This document shows positions 54,748-64,000 of a stretch of 64,000 bases of DNA, one piece after another. The stretch is from contig CAWAWS010000003.1 of the NCBI GenBank assembly GCA_963785725.1, forward strand, positions 480,001 to 544,000. The letters run 5' to 3'. Positions within the stretch are counted from its first letter, which is position 1; each line of letters begins with the position of its first letter. The DNA is from an uncultured delta proteobacterium. GTDB lineage: Bacteria; Myxococcota_A; Polyangia; Palsa-1104. The notes beneath the pieces are model-generated. The model did not search any database, was not told the origin of the DNA, and worked only from the letters and a program-made list of their open reading frames with translations. Position numbers and translations under genes: made by a program.

Positions 54748-55467
54748 ATGGGTGACAGCGGGCGGACGTGGCGGCCCTCGGGGAGCGGCCCGAGCGAGCG
54801 CGCGGCAGGTGAAGATCCGCGCTTTACGGGCAATTCGGTCGCGGCCGATCGCGAGTGGGCGCAAAATCGCATCGCGAACTTCCTGCGCGCGCAAAAGGGG
54901 CCGATTCAGCGCAAGGCGGAACCAGGCGCGGATGCGGCCGCGGCGCCGGTCTCCAAGCCGAGCGATGCGGCCGAGCAGGAGGCCGATCAGACGAGCGACG
55001 CCGTCGCCGAGCAGCTCCACGGCGGCGACAAGGCCGATGGGGCCCACGCGCCGGCGGGGCCGAAGCACGCGCCCGCGCCGATCGCCGCCAAGCTGGAGAG
55101 CGGAACGGTGTCGCTCGCCAAGAAGGACGACAAGAAAGAGGCCAAGAAGCCCGAGTGCCGCGGGCGACTGCAGGTCCAGGGCGAGGATTTGGGGCAAGAG
55201 CTGTCGTGGCCGTGGGCGCGCGCCGAGCCGCCCAAAGCGGACGAGGCGGTGGCCGAGCTGGGGAAGCTCAAGGGGCAGCTGACGAAGAAGCAGCTGGAGA
55301 TCCGCAGCGAGGCCTTCGAGTCGGCGTCGAGGTTCATCACGAACGCCAAGGCGAACGGCGGCGTGGACGCGCCGGTGAGCCAGACCTATCAGAACAAGAA
55401 TCTGCGCGACAAAGAGAAGACGGCGCGCGTCGACATCGAAGTGCGCACGGGCAAGGCCTTCGTGTGA
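54748..55467 (+). CDS. Polymorphic toxin with eCIS-type QRK linker but no DUF4157
   Basis: IQRK..VSKPSDAAEQEAD..LHGG..IAAKLESG shared with 51015-52847. C-terminal RGRLQVQG..RVDIEVRTGKAFV. Confidence 0.7.
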   Translation: MGDSGRTWRPSGSGPSERAAGEDPRFTGNSVAADREWAQNRIANFLRAQKGPIQRKAEPGADAAAAPVSKPSDAAEQEADQTSDAVAEQLHGGDKADGAHAPAGPKHAPAPIAAKLESGTVSLAKKDDKKEAKKPECRGRLQVQGEDLGQELSWPWARAEPPKADEAVAELGKLKGQLTKKQLEIRSEAFESASRFITNAKANGGVDAPVSQTYQNKNLRDKEKTARVDIEVRTGKAFV

Positions 55468-55477
55468 GAGGAGCCAA

Positions 55478-56048
55478 ATGAACGCCGAGGATTGGACGGA
55501 GCTGGACGAGCTCGTGGCCCACGATTCGCCGGACGCCGACGACGTGCTCGACGCGATGGAGGCGGTCACCGAACGGCCCGACGGTCTGTCGCAGCTGGTC
55601 GACCGCTATGCGGCGTCGCCGAGCGCGATCGTCACGCGGGCGCTGTCGTTCCTGTTGGCGCAGGCGGCCTCGTCGGCGCGCGGCGCGCAGCGGGAGCTCG
55701 TCTATCGCTTCATCGAGCGGCTGACGGTGAGTGACGATCCTTCGACGCTCATGAACACGCTGACGGCGGTGCAGCGGCAGGCCATCGCCGGCGCGCCCTG
55801 GGGCGATGGCTCGACGGCGACGCGGCTTTTGCCGCCGCTCATCATGCGCAGCCTGAAGGGCAACCCGCTCGTGCAGTCGACGGCGCTGCGGCTCTTGGCC
55901 CGGCTGTACGAGGACGGCCTCTTGCCATCGCTGTTCGCCGGTGACGCCGCCGCGGCGACGCTGCGCCGTCGATCTCGCCGGCATCGAGCAGACCGAGCTC
56001 GTCGCGTCCTCGTTCGGCGAGCTCGCCCGCTACGTCGCGGGCCGCTAG
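55478..56048 (+). CDS. Putative immunity protein (helical, HEAT-like); apparent frameshift near 55967
   Basis: GAGGAG RBS right after the toxin. GC3-rich codons continue in another frame as VDLAGIEQTELVASSFGELARYVAGR* (stop 56048). Confidence 0.55.
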
Positions 56049-56441
56049 CCGCACGGCGCGCTCGTCTATCGGCATCCCGAATCCATACCGAACGCGGCGG
56101 AGAGGCGCAGCCGCCAAGGCTCTCATCGGCGCCAAGAACCTGTTAGCCAAGCGGGCGCGGTTTCGCGCAACGCGAGCGTAGCGGCGGCGGCGCCTCGCCG
56201 CTCATCGGCGATCCGAAACTGATTCGTTCACGACTTCACTTCGACACCAGGAGTTCAAATGCATTCTGGTCATTCTTCTCCACTAACGAAGTGGGAAGCG
56301 GAATCCATCGTCGAGAGTGGCTGGCGCTCGCAGCGCACGTGCTGCGCGGACGCGGTCATCATTCCCTGCGTCTGCCGACTCTCCGTCAGGTGCCCACAGC
56401 ACGGAGTGATCTGTGCCGGCAGCCACGACTGAGGTGAGGAT

Positions 56442-56627
56442 ATGGCCGTAGTCCATCTTCTTGAAGCGCTCGATCCGGATCGGCGCCGACGGCTCCGGTC
56501 CGCGCTCGCGCGCGTGCTGGCCCGCCAGGCGCACGCGGAGCTGGTGCTCGAAGCAGACGCACTTACCGTCGAGGAAACAGCTCGTCCCACGCCGTTGACT
56601 ACATGGCCTACCCGACATACAATGTAG
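56442..56627 (+). CDS. Small hypothetical protein
   Basis: GAGG RBS; precedes the recombinase operon. Confidence 0.45.
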   Translation: MAVVHLLEALDPDRRRRLRSALARVLARQAHAELVLEADALTVEETARPTPLTTWPTRHTM

Positions 56628-56679
56628 CCCGTGTTACAAGAACCTGCATTCTCCGTCGTGATGGCTACAATCGCCATCC

Positions 56680-56898
56680 ATGAAGCGGACTACCGAATCC
56701 AGCGCGCGAAACCGGAACGTCGTCAGCCTGCCAACCGCCGTCTACAGCCGCGCCCGCGAGCTATCCGAGCAGGCGTCTCAGCATGGCTGGGCGGTACTCG
56801 GGATCGAGCGCCGCGACCCGCCTGGTATCGGCGCGATCGTTGATGAAGCACTGAAGCTGCTTGCCGAGCGATTGAAAAAGGTGAAGGCGCGAAAATGA
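56680..56898 (+). CDS. Small basic ribbon-helix-helix-like DNA-binding protein
   Basis: NVVSLPTAVYSRARELS..IGAIVDEALKLL; stop overlaps the recombinase ATG. Confidence 0.55.
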   Translation: MKRTTESSARNRNVVSLPTAVYSRARELSEQASQHGWAVLGIERRDPPGIGAIVDEALKLLAERLKKVKARK

Positions 56899-58631
56899 GA
56901 ACAAGAGCGACGACAAATACGCAGCCGCGGCTCCGAATCTATCTCCGGCGCTCCAAAGCCGATGAAGGGCACCAGCAATTCAGCCTCGATGTGCAGCGTG
57001 ACGGTTCGCGGCTGTTCACAGTCGACGAGATGCCGCGCCAGGGCGTCAACCTCGTGTGGTCCGAACGCGAGGAGTACATCGACGACGATCGCGCGGGTGA
57101 CGACTTCGAGGGACGACCCGAGCTGCGCCGGCTCCGCGCCGACATCAAGCCCGGCGACGTGGTGCTGTGCCGCGACCAGTCGCGGCTTGGTCGTGACGCG
57201 CTCGAAGTGACGCTCGCCGTGCGCGACATCGTCCGCGACCGCGGCGCGCGCCTCTTCTATTACGCCGAGCGCAAAGAGGTGGAGTTCGCCAACGCCATCG
57301 ACGCGGCCATGACCTTCATCAAGGGCACCGGCCACCAGATGGAGCTGGAGGCGATCCGCGGTCGCGTGCGTGAGGCCTTGCGCGCGCGCGTGAGAGCTGG
57401 CCGCATCGCTGGCGGTCGTTGCTATGGCTACTCGCTGCGACGCGAGAAGGATTCGTCCGGTCGCGAGTACACGGTGGCCGTCGTTGACGAGGCGCAAGCG
57501 GAAATCGTTCGTCGACTGTTCCGCGAGTATCTCGACGGCGCCAGATTGAAGCGTATCGCCGTCCGACTGAACAACGAGCGCGTTCCTCCGCCGAGTGCTG
57601 GACGGCGAGGCACTGGCTCGTGGTGTCCGGGCGCGATTCGAGAAATGATCCGAAACGCCAGGTACCGCGGCGTCTACACACACGGGAAGACCATTCGCGT
57701 TCGGCGTGGGGCCAAGCGCGTTGCGCTACGGGCTCCTATCGAAGACATCATCACGCTCGAAGTCCCCGAATGGCGCATCGTGGACGACACGACTTGGCTG
57801 ACGGCCCAAGACCTCATGAGCCAGCGGGCCGCCGAAGCAGAGAAGCTCTATCGACCGGGCCCCCGCACTCGTTACGCCCTCAGCGGCATAGGTCGCTGCG
57901 TTTGTGGCGGATCGATTGGCTCGCAGACGAGCCGCATTTCGGACGGCAGCCACATCAAGGTCTATGGCTGCTCGAAGCACCACATGCGTGGTTCGTCGGT
58001 CTGCCCGGTCACGATGCGGCAATCGGTTGCGGAAGTAGACGCGGCCATCGCCCAAAAGATTAGCGAGCGATGGTTGACCGGCGCCTTTGTGGACGAAGTC
58101 ATCCACGAGATGCGTGAGAATCTGGAGCTACAGGTGAAAGCGACCCACCTGGACGCGGAGGCCATCGAGACCGAACTGACCAAGCTCCGCGGGGAGCAAC
58201 GGAACCTGGCGACAGCAGTTGCCACCGGCGGGGATGCCATCCCGGAGCTTCTGAGTGAGCTGCGGAGCCGCAACGACCGCATCCGCCTGTTGGAGGCAGA
58301 CCTGGCCGCCGCCCGCCGTTCGCCGGCCATGGTCGAGGAGATGCTGACAGCCGCCGAGCGCAAAGCGCGTCAGCGGGTCGCGGATCTCAGGGCGACACTC
58401 GCGAACCCGGGCGACGCGCGCGAGGTCTTCGAATCGATTTTTCTACCGGAAGGTCTTGAATTTACAGAAGGAAAGAGCAGCGATGGCTCTCGACGGGTGT
58501 GGGCGATCTCGATGACCGCCCACCCCGTCAGATCCATTTTGAGTTGTGACCCCACCGGGGCGTTTCGCAATGTAGACCCGCCGAAACAGTGGGTTAGGTG
58601 CGTCGTGCCGAGGGCTTTGCGAACACAGTAG
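56895..58631 (+). CDS. Large serine recombinase (integrase)
   Basis: IYLRRS, RPEL, DQSRLGRD, GGRCYGY, IRNARYRG, Zn-ribbon CVCGG..YGC..C, coiled coil. Confidence 0.92.
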   Translation: MRTRATTNTQPRLRIYLRRSKADEGHQQFSLDVQRDGSRLFTVDEMPRQGVNLVWSEREEYIDDDRAGDDFEGRPELRRLRADIKPGDVVLCRDQSRLGRDALEVTLAVRDIVRDRGARLFYYAERKEVEFANAIDAAMTFIKGTGHQMELEAIRGRVREALRARVRAGRIAGGRCYGYSLRREKDSSGREYTVAVVDEAQAEIVRRLFREYLDGARLKRIAVRLNNERVPPPSAGRRGTGSWCPGAIREMIRNARYRGVYTHGKTIRVRRGAKRVALRAPIEDIITLEVPEWRIVDDTTWLTAQDLMSQRAAEAEKLYRPGPRTRYALSGIGRCVCGGSIGSQTSRISDGSHIKVYGCSKHHMRGSSVCPVTMRQSVAEVDAAIAQKISERWLTGAFVDEVIHEMRENLELQVKATHLDAEAIETELTKLRGEQRNLATAVATGGDAIPELLSELRSRNDRIRLLEADLAAARRSPAMVEEMLTAAERKARQRVADLRATLANPGDAREVFESIFLPEGLEFTEGKSSDGSRRVWAISMTAHPVRSILSCDPTGAFRNVDPPKQWVRCVVPRALRTQ

Positions 58632-59117
58632 TCTCTCCTGAGCGGTCTCGCGCGAACTTACCGTCCCACCGCGATGTATAATTTTTGCACACGTGCAAAT
58701 CCAACGACAGGACGCGAAAACAGCCGCCCAACGGTGGCACTGTTGCCGGCGCAGATTCTCGACGGGAGAGTGCAGCAAATCCGGAAGCCGCGTTGGCGAA
58801 AATTGGCCAAAACGGGCCTGCCTGCAGCAAGCTTGCTGCAGGTCTGAACCCGATCACTACGGCACTGATTGAGGCGCTTGCGCGGTGGTCAGGCGCGAGT
58901 GATCCGTTTGAGCTGTGGCGCCGGCTGCTCGATCGCTTGTGCAAGCTCGAAGTGGTGTGAGAAAGACACGGGTCCAATACACCGAGAGATGGGGCACTTT
59001 CCAATTTGAACTTGTTTCTGCCAGCGCTCCCCATAGAGCTCGTCGCACTGCTCGATCTCGATGAACCGTAGCGCTCGACGGCACTCGGATCCGAGACACG
59101 GCCGACAGAGGTCCTGG

Positions 59118-60356
59118 CTACGACAGCACCCGGAGCGCATGCTCCAGCAGCACAGACGGGTAGTCACGACAGTTTGTTGCTCCGATCCCCTTCAGGGTTC
59201 CATCTGTCGCCTTCACTTGGGGGAGACCAAATGAGGTTATCCAGGAGTCGACACGAGCCCAGCTGATATCCTGTCCGATAAAGAACAGAGGATCGTGCAA
59301 CATCGTATTTCCAATCCTTTGCAGACACTTTAGCAGTTCATAGATCTCGTAGTATTCATCTCGCGCCATGCTTCGCGCCAAACCATGCTGGATCACATCA
59401 ACCGCAGCGTTGTACGCATTGGCGTTCAGCCGACCCGCAAGATGGTCTCGCAGTCCTGGCGCGACCGCTTGAGGCAACCCGCCAAGTTGACGTGGCTCAG
59501 CAAGTCGCTCAAGTAGCAGAGCAGCCGCCTGATCGGGTCTCTCACAGGCGAGCGACAACGCACATACAAGAATGACAACGTCACTCGTGTATTGGGGGGC
59601 GACATTCCCCTCATAGCGTGGTCGTTCGAGGACGTGCTGAAGCCCCCGATAGATCTCTTCCTCAGCGGGACCAGAGGCCCACGCGTGTCCGAATCTGTGC
59701 GTCGCATTCATACGTTGATCGATCGCGCGAGCCATGTTCTCGGCGAGAAAACCAACATTGAATGGAACGAATAAGCGGCGCGGCGTGATGTAACCGTAGA
59801 AGCTGCGCCCGCTGTATTCCTCTTCCACGACATCGAAGTCCGGCTGCCCGCCGCCATAACGGACGTCGTTCGGAATAAATACCATCTTACCCTCGTCCAG
59901 GATCGACTGCCGGCGCTCCTGGATGAGGGAGAGGCCCCGGGCAGCTCCGTCCTCCTGTCGCCTCAAGATCTCGAGGATGGGGATGAAGGAATCCTTCAGC
60001 TGATGGTAGCTCTTCCCCTGGAAGTCAGCCTCCGTGATGTGGCCCCCCAGAATCAGCGCCGCGGCCACTCCTAGGTCTATCCACTCGGCAAGCAATCGGC
60101 AGCCTGCGACGCTACCTAGGGATTGCGTGTAGTGAACATACTCGTGAACAAAGGACATCGTGGGATCCGCAGCGTGGGGAATGTTGTCCAACTCTGGGCG
60201 AGAGAACCGGCGGCTTCCCCAACCCATGTCTATTGTGAGCGATACCCAATCGAAGCCCGCCATGGGTCCCCTACCTGCTCTACCATCGAGTTCGGCGAGC
60301 TTAGCGCCGTCCACAGGTCTCGTGTCTGCAAGCCGGGCCGCACGCCAGTCATCCAC
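59118..60356 (-). CDS. HEXXH-motif hypothetical protein (metallopeptidase-like)
   Basis: FVHEYVHYTQ; downstream LAENMA glutamate; visibly more AT-rich than the core genes. Confidence 0.65.
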   Translation of the reverse strand: MDDWRAARLADTRPVDGAKLAELDGRAGRGPMAGFDWVSLTIDMGWGSRRFSRPELDNIPHAADPTMSFVHEYVHYTQSLGSVAGCRLLAEWIDLGVAAALILGGHITEADFQGKSYHQLKDSFIPILEILRRQEDGAARGLSLIQERRQSILDEGKMVFIPNDVRYGGGQPDFDVVEEEYSGRSFYGYITPRRLFVPFNVGFLAENMARAIDQRMNATHRFGHAWASGPAEEEIYRGLQHVLERPRYEGNVAPQYTSDVVILVCALSLACERPDQAAALLLERLAEPRQLGGLPQAVAPGLRDHLAGRLNANAYNAAVDVIQHGLARSMARDEYYEIYELLKCLQRIGNTMLHDPLFFIGQDISWARVDSWITSFGLPQVKATDGTLKGIGATNCRDYPSVLLEHALRVLS

Positions 60357-60623
60357 CCGCGTAGGGGTGGAAAACTCGGTGACTCATTCGCTCGTACTGC
60401 TCTAGCGAGCCATGAGCCTCGGGGTACGAGGCCAGCTCAGTCGCTAATCGCTAGCTTGGCACCGATGCGCCGCGGACGCAATGCGGCAAATTGTCGCGGG
60501 TCAGACGTCGTCGTTCTCCGTCGAGAGTACGACTCCAAAGCTCCGAGTGATCGCGACGGTTGCGACGGTTGCCAGAAGCGCCGCTCATTGACAGGCGGCC
60601 CGTAAGGGCTTGATCCTGTAGCC

Positions 60624-62426
60624 ATGAGCAAACTCCTGGGGATGCACGAGCCCTGTTACATCGGGTATCTCGGTGACGAGTTTCCTGATGACCCACCGCG
60701 TGACTTCCGCGACGTCTACGAGCTGAAAGCGTATGCCGTGTGGAGCATTGATTCGAAGGTCTACGAACTTCAGCAAGAATGGATCTTTGGAGCTGACGTC
60801 GCACCGCGCAAATGCGCCTATTGCGAACGGACGGCCGCCGGCGGGGCGACTTTCGTATCGGTGTCGCACGCGGTCCCAGAGCACCTCGGCAACAAGAGAG
60901 TCATCAGTCAAGAGGAATGCGATGACTGCAACAACGAGGGCAGCGACTGCGAAGAAGCTCTCGCGAGCATGCTCGCTATGGAGCGGGTCTTCACGGGTGC
61001 ACGCGGCAAAGGCGGAACTCCGTCAATTCAGAGCAGCAGTGCTTTGGAGATCCAGAGCGAGGGAGCTGGGAAGGTTGCACTCAAGATCGACGTGGCGAAC
61101 GATCCCCTCCGATATTCGGCAGGGAACACAGTTGAAGTGCCAATAGGAACTCAGCGCTATCGACCGCTGTTGGCGATTCGCAGCATCGCGCGTTCCGTCT
61201 GGCTCCTGCTTCGGCCAGCAGACCGCGTTCACCATCAGTCAGTAAAAGACTTCGCGCTTGGTCGCCAAGTCCAGTTTCCAGTCGAGTACCTCGTAGCCTT
61301 CTCGGCTGGTGGGGCACCGACTGCGGGGCGCATACGTGTCTGGAGCCTCAAGAGCGAGCAGGATGGAGCCTGGCCGCCGCTCGTTGCCGCCCTCTCTTTG
61401 CACAACACCACCATTATTTGGAGAGCGCCAAGAGGAGGTACGCATGTCCAGGGACCGCTTCCGCCAATACCAACCTACGACGGTGCGGCTCCCAAGGTTG
61501 GTCGTCTACAACTAAGAGCCGACGAACGAGTTGATGTATCGCGCACGCTGACAATGGCCTATGAAAGCCGGACGGCGGGCGCTACCACCAGCAGTGCGAA
61601 ATCCGTCAGGTCACAGACGGCCGCGCAGATCATCGCCGAACAGCAGGTAGAGATCGCCATCGGCGCCGATGCCGGGGATGTGCAGTGGCTCAAGGCTTTA
61701 CGACGTACAAAAAAGATCAGCGGTGACTTCTCCACTGCCTTGGAAGTCTCCATTGATTCTGAGAAGCATGGGCTCCACCTCCGCCTTCGCCAAGACCTCC
61801 GCACCTCCGAGGCTCGGCTCAACCTATTTGTCGATGTGTCGGGGCTCTCGGCGACGGATGCGCTCCCTGCTGTCGCTTTTTGCGAGAAGTTCGCGAGCGA
61901 CAAACCAACCGCGAAACTCTTTCTCCGCACACAGGATGGCGTTTCCAGTACGCCTCTGGCGGCCGGCGGCAAGATCGACGATGCGATTGTTAGCATGCGG
62001 CCAGCGCTGGAACGTTTCGTCGAACTGGAAAAGAAGCTGGGCGTAAGTATCCCTCTTCCCGAGTCCGGACAGAAGCAGGACTGGGACCTGCTCTGCGTTG
62101 CCGCCACGGCGATTCTGAGTGGCGTTCCCGTGCGTCTACCGGGGGCCGGAACAGGCGAAGTTGAGTGGCCGCGTGCTTTCTACAACCGACTCGTCCAGAT
62201 CTCCGGGCCGTGCACACTTCCGTTGGCGCAAGGCGTATATCCGTTCGCGGGAATCGATGCACTTACCGAAGCAGTGATCGGTCCCATTCGCCTCTGTCTG
62301 GAACTCAAGAACTGCGCTGCGGAAGTAAAAGCGGGCGTCCAGGAATTGGATGCGAACCGAGCGCTCGTAAAGCTCGAATACGAGTCCGTATTGTTCCTCT
62401 TTGACCGGTATCTCAAAAGTGCCTGA
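60624..62426 (+). CDS. HNH endonuclease (HNH_5-like) with long C-terminal extension
   Basis: CAYC..SHAVPEHLGN..ECDDCNN. Confidence 0.75.
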   Translation: MSKLLGMHEPCYIGYLGDEFPDDPPRDFRDVYELKAYAVWSIDSKVYELQQEWIFGADVAPRKCAYCERTAAGGATFVSVSHAVPEHLGNKRVISQEECDDCNNEGSDCEEALASMLAMERVFTGARGKGGTPSIQSSSALEIQSEGAGKVALKIDVANDPLRYSAGNTVEVPIGTQRYRPLLAIRSIARSVWLLLRPADRVHHQSVKDFALGRQVQFPVEYLVAFSAGGAPTAGRIRVWSLKSEQDGAWPPLVAALSLHNTTIIWRAPRGGTHVQGPLPPIPTYDGAAPKVGRLQLRADERVDVSRTLTMAYESRTAGATTSSAKSVRSQTAAQIIAEQQVEIAIGADAGDVQWLKALRRTKKISGDFSTALEVSIDSEKHGLHLRLRQDLRTSEARLNLFVDVSGLSATDALPAVAFCEKFASDKPTAKLFLRTQDGVSSTPLAAGGKIDDAIVSMRPALERFVELEKKLGVSIPLPESGQKQDWDLLCVAATAILSGVPVRLPGAGTGEVEWPRAFYNRLVQISGPCTLPLAQGVYPFAGIDALTEAVIGPIRLCLELKNCAAEVKAGVQELDANRALVKLEYESVLFLFDRYLKSA

Positions 62427-62557
62427 AAATCGGCCGGCCACAGGAGCGACTACAATCCTTGGCGACGACATCGGCCTCAGGCAGCCAAGCGCCCGCAACT
62501 CGCCACATCGGTCCCGGCTAGAAAGCAACAACAGCAAGGAAGAGGCAAACACAAGAC

Positions 62558-63998
62558 ATGAAGTGCAGAGTATTCTATTCTTGGCAGTCTGATCTTCCCA
62601 ATCCCGTAAATAGGGCATTCATTGAAAACTGCCTCGAAGCGGCGGCGGAAGCATTGAGAGCAGACGGCGGAGCTTGCTATCGAGCCAGTAATTGACCGCG
62701 ACACTTCGGGCGTCTCTGGCAGTTCGGACATAGGCCAGACCATTTTCGCCAAAATTGCCAGTGCTGCCGCATTCGTCGCTGACGTATCAATCATCGGCAC
62801 CCTTGAAATCAAGAAAGGCGATGTAACAAAGACTAAGCCTGACTCCGAACCCGAATGTACTATTGGAACTGGGATATGCGCTCAACGCAATAGGGACCGG
62901 CCGCACGATTACAATCATGAACACTGCTTTCGGCGATCCAGAGGCGCTGCCTTTCGATCTCAAACAGCGCCGAACAGTGACGTACAAACTCCCTCTCGAA
63001 GTGACTGACCGAAAAGATGCAAAGAACCGACTGACCGCTCAACTAACGATGCGCTTCGTGCCGTGCTTGTGACTCACAAAGTGGAAGCAGGTGCCGCACA
63101 GCCGAAGACGCGATCGCAGCAGGCCGTTACTGCGATCCAAGAGAAGCGCGGCGATCGCGTGCGAGAGGTTCGAGAGTTCATGAAGTGGATCGTCGCCGAG
63201 GCGAAGAACTCGCTCCCCACGAGCAGCCGGGCCTGCTGATGACCGCCTCGTTGAGGCAATCGAAAAGACGAAATCTATTGTTAACGACTTCGGCCGCGTC
63301 GCGGCCGAGGCCGCGGCTTGGAACGACAAAGAAGTGATCCGCGGGATCTACAAGGGCCTTGAAGGAGTCTTGGCTCTGTATCATCCTCCGAAAGGAGTCG
63401 GTGGTAGCTTTCGCAGCACCGATTTCGACTTGTTTCAATTTCTTGGACATGAGCTTTCGGTCGTGCTCACGGCCTGCCTCGTGCGTGAGGACAAATTCAC
63501 TTTCTTAAGAGTGCTGCTTAGCCAGAAACTGCTCTTGCCTAACAATCGCCATGGGCTCTCAGAACACGTCAGCTTTGCAGATTTGTCGTCGTCGTATGTG
63601 ACGCTACTGGACACCGTTAGAAAGCAACGTTTGGCTACAGCAACGTCGGCGCGAAGCTCCATCCATGCAGATGTCCTCAAGGAGCGGCATGAGGCCGATG
63701 TCGGAGGTGTCGCGTGGCCCGAATTTGTCCAGGCGGATTTCCTTCTTACTCTACGCTCACTGCGTGAACATCAACATTGGTGGGGTCCAAGCCTTGTCTT
63801 CTGGAAGGGCAACTGCCGAACATCCTCACCGCCACCGCCACGCGTGATGGTGCGGCCAATCTGGCGACGGCGCTCGGCCTGGAACGTGCCGAAGAGCTGC
63901 GCGCGTGCTGGAAGAAGATTTCGCGTTCATCACGCGGACTTTCGTATCCATCGCTAGATTCTATTCTCCGTTTCGCAACTTCGACTTTTCGCGGATAG
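62558..63998 (+). pseudogene. TIR-like / nucleotide-binding defence-type protein with multiple frameshifts
   Basis: MKCRVFYSWQSD / IDRDTSGVSGSSDI..IFAKI..FVADVSII / TPNPNVLLELGYA..LPFDL, spread over at least five frame changes. Confidence 0.7.
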
Positions 63999-64000
63999 GC

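Noticed and set aside
58540..58570. tRNA gene
   Set aside because: Only a ~14-nt acceptor-like stretch with no T-loop or cloverleaf. No tRNA or rRNA was recognised in the window.
58685..58960. Small ORF after the recombinase
   Set aside because: TTG start with no clear RBS or motif; insufficient evidence.

Overview
High-GC bacterial DNA with myxobacterial/Polyangia-like gene content (inference). Four zones. (1) 1-17.8 kb, running off the left edge: a post-translational modification cluster around a 200-aa protein with a twin-arginine-like/WxxPxV leader and a Pro-Thr-Ala repeat core. It has four PqqD/RRE domains, three of them fused to glycosyltransferases resembling plant HPAT (GT95) or SERGT (GT96) enzymes. 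It also encodes a Skp1-hydroxyproline GlcNAc-transferase-like (GT60) enzyme, an O-fucosyltransferase-like enzyme, five 2OG/Fe(II) oxygenases, three sulfotransferase-like proteins and a UDP-xylose synthase. I read this as a candidate RRE-guided bacterial hydroxyproline O-glycosylation system, the most striking element of the window. (2) 17.9-37.8 kb: two-component signalling, a kaiC-kaiB-PAS kinase operon, and envelope/stress genes (ice-binding lipoprotein, OmpA/DUF4398, YihY), with several sigma54-type promoters and a 35-bp motif present three times. (3) 37.9-42.3 kb: DUF3604-PPIase-HupE/UreJ triad. (4) 42.3-64 kb: accessory region with IS3/IS66 debris, gene fragments, two eCIS/DUF4157-type toxin-immunity modules (one with a nucleotidyltransferase-like tip), and a large serine recombinase followed by more AT-rich defence-like cargo (HEXXH, HNH, frameshifted TIR-like). 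All family assignments come from motif recognition by eye; no database searches were run.
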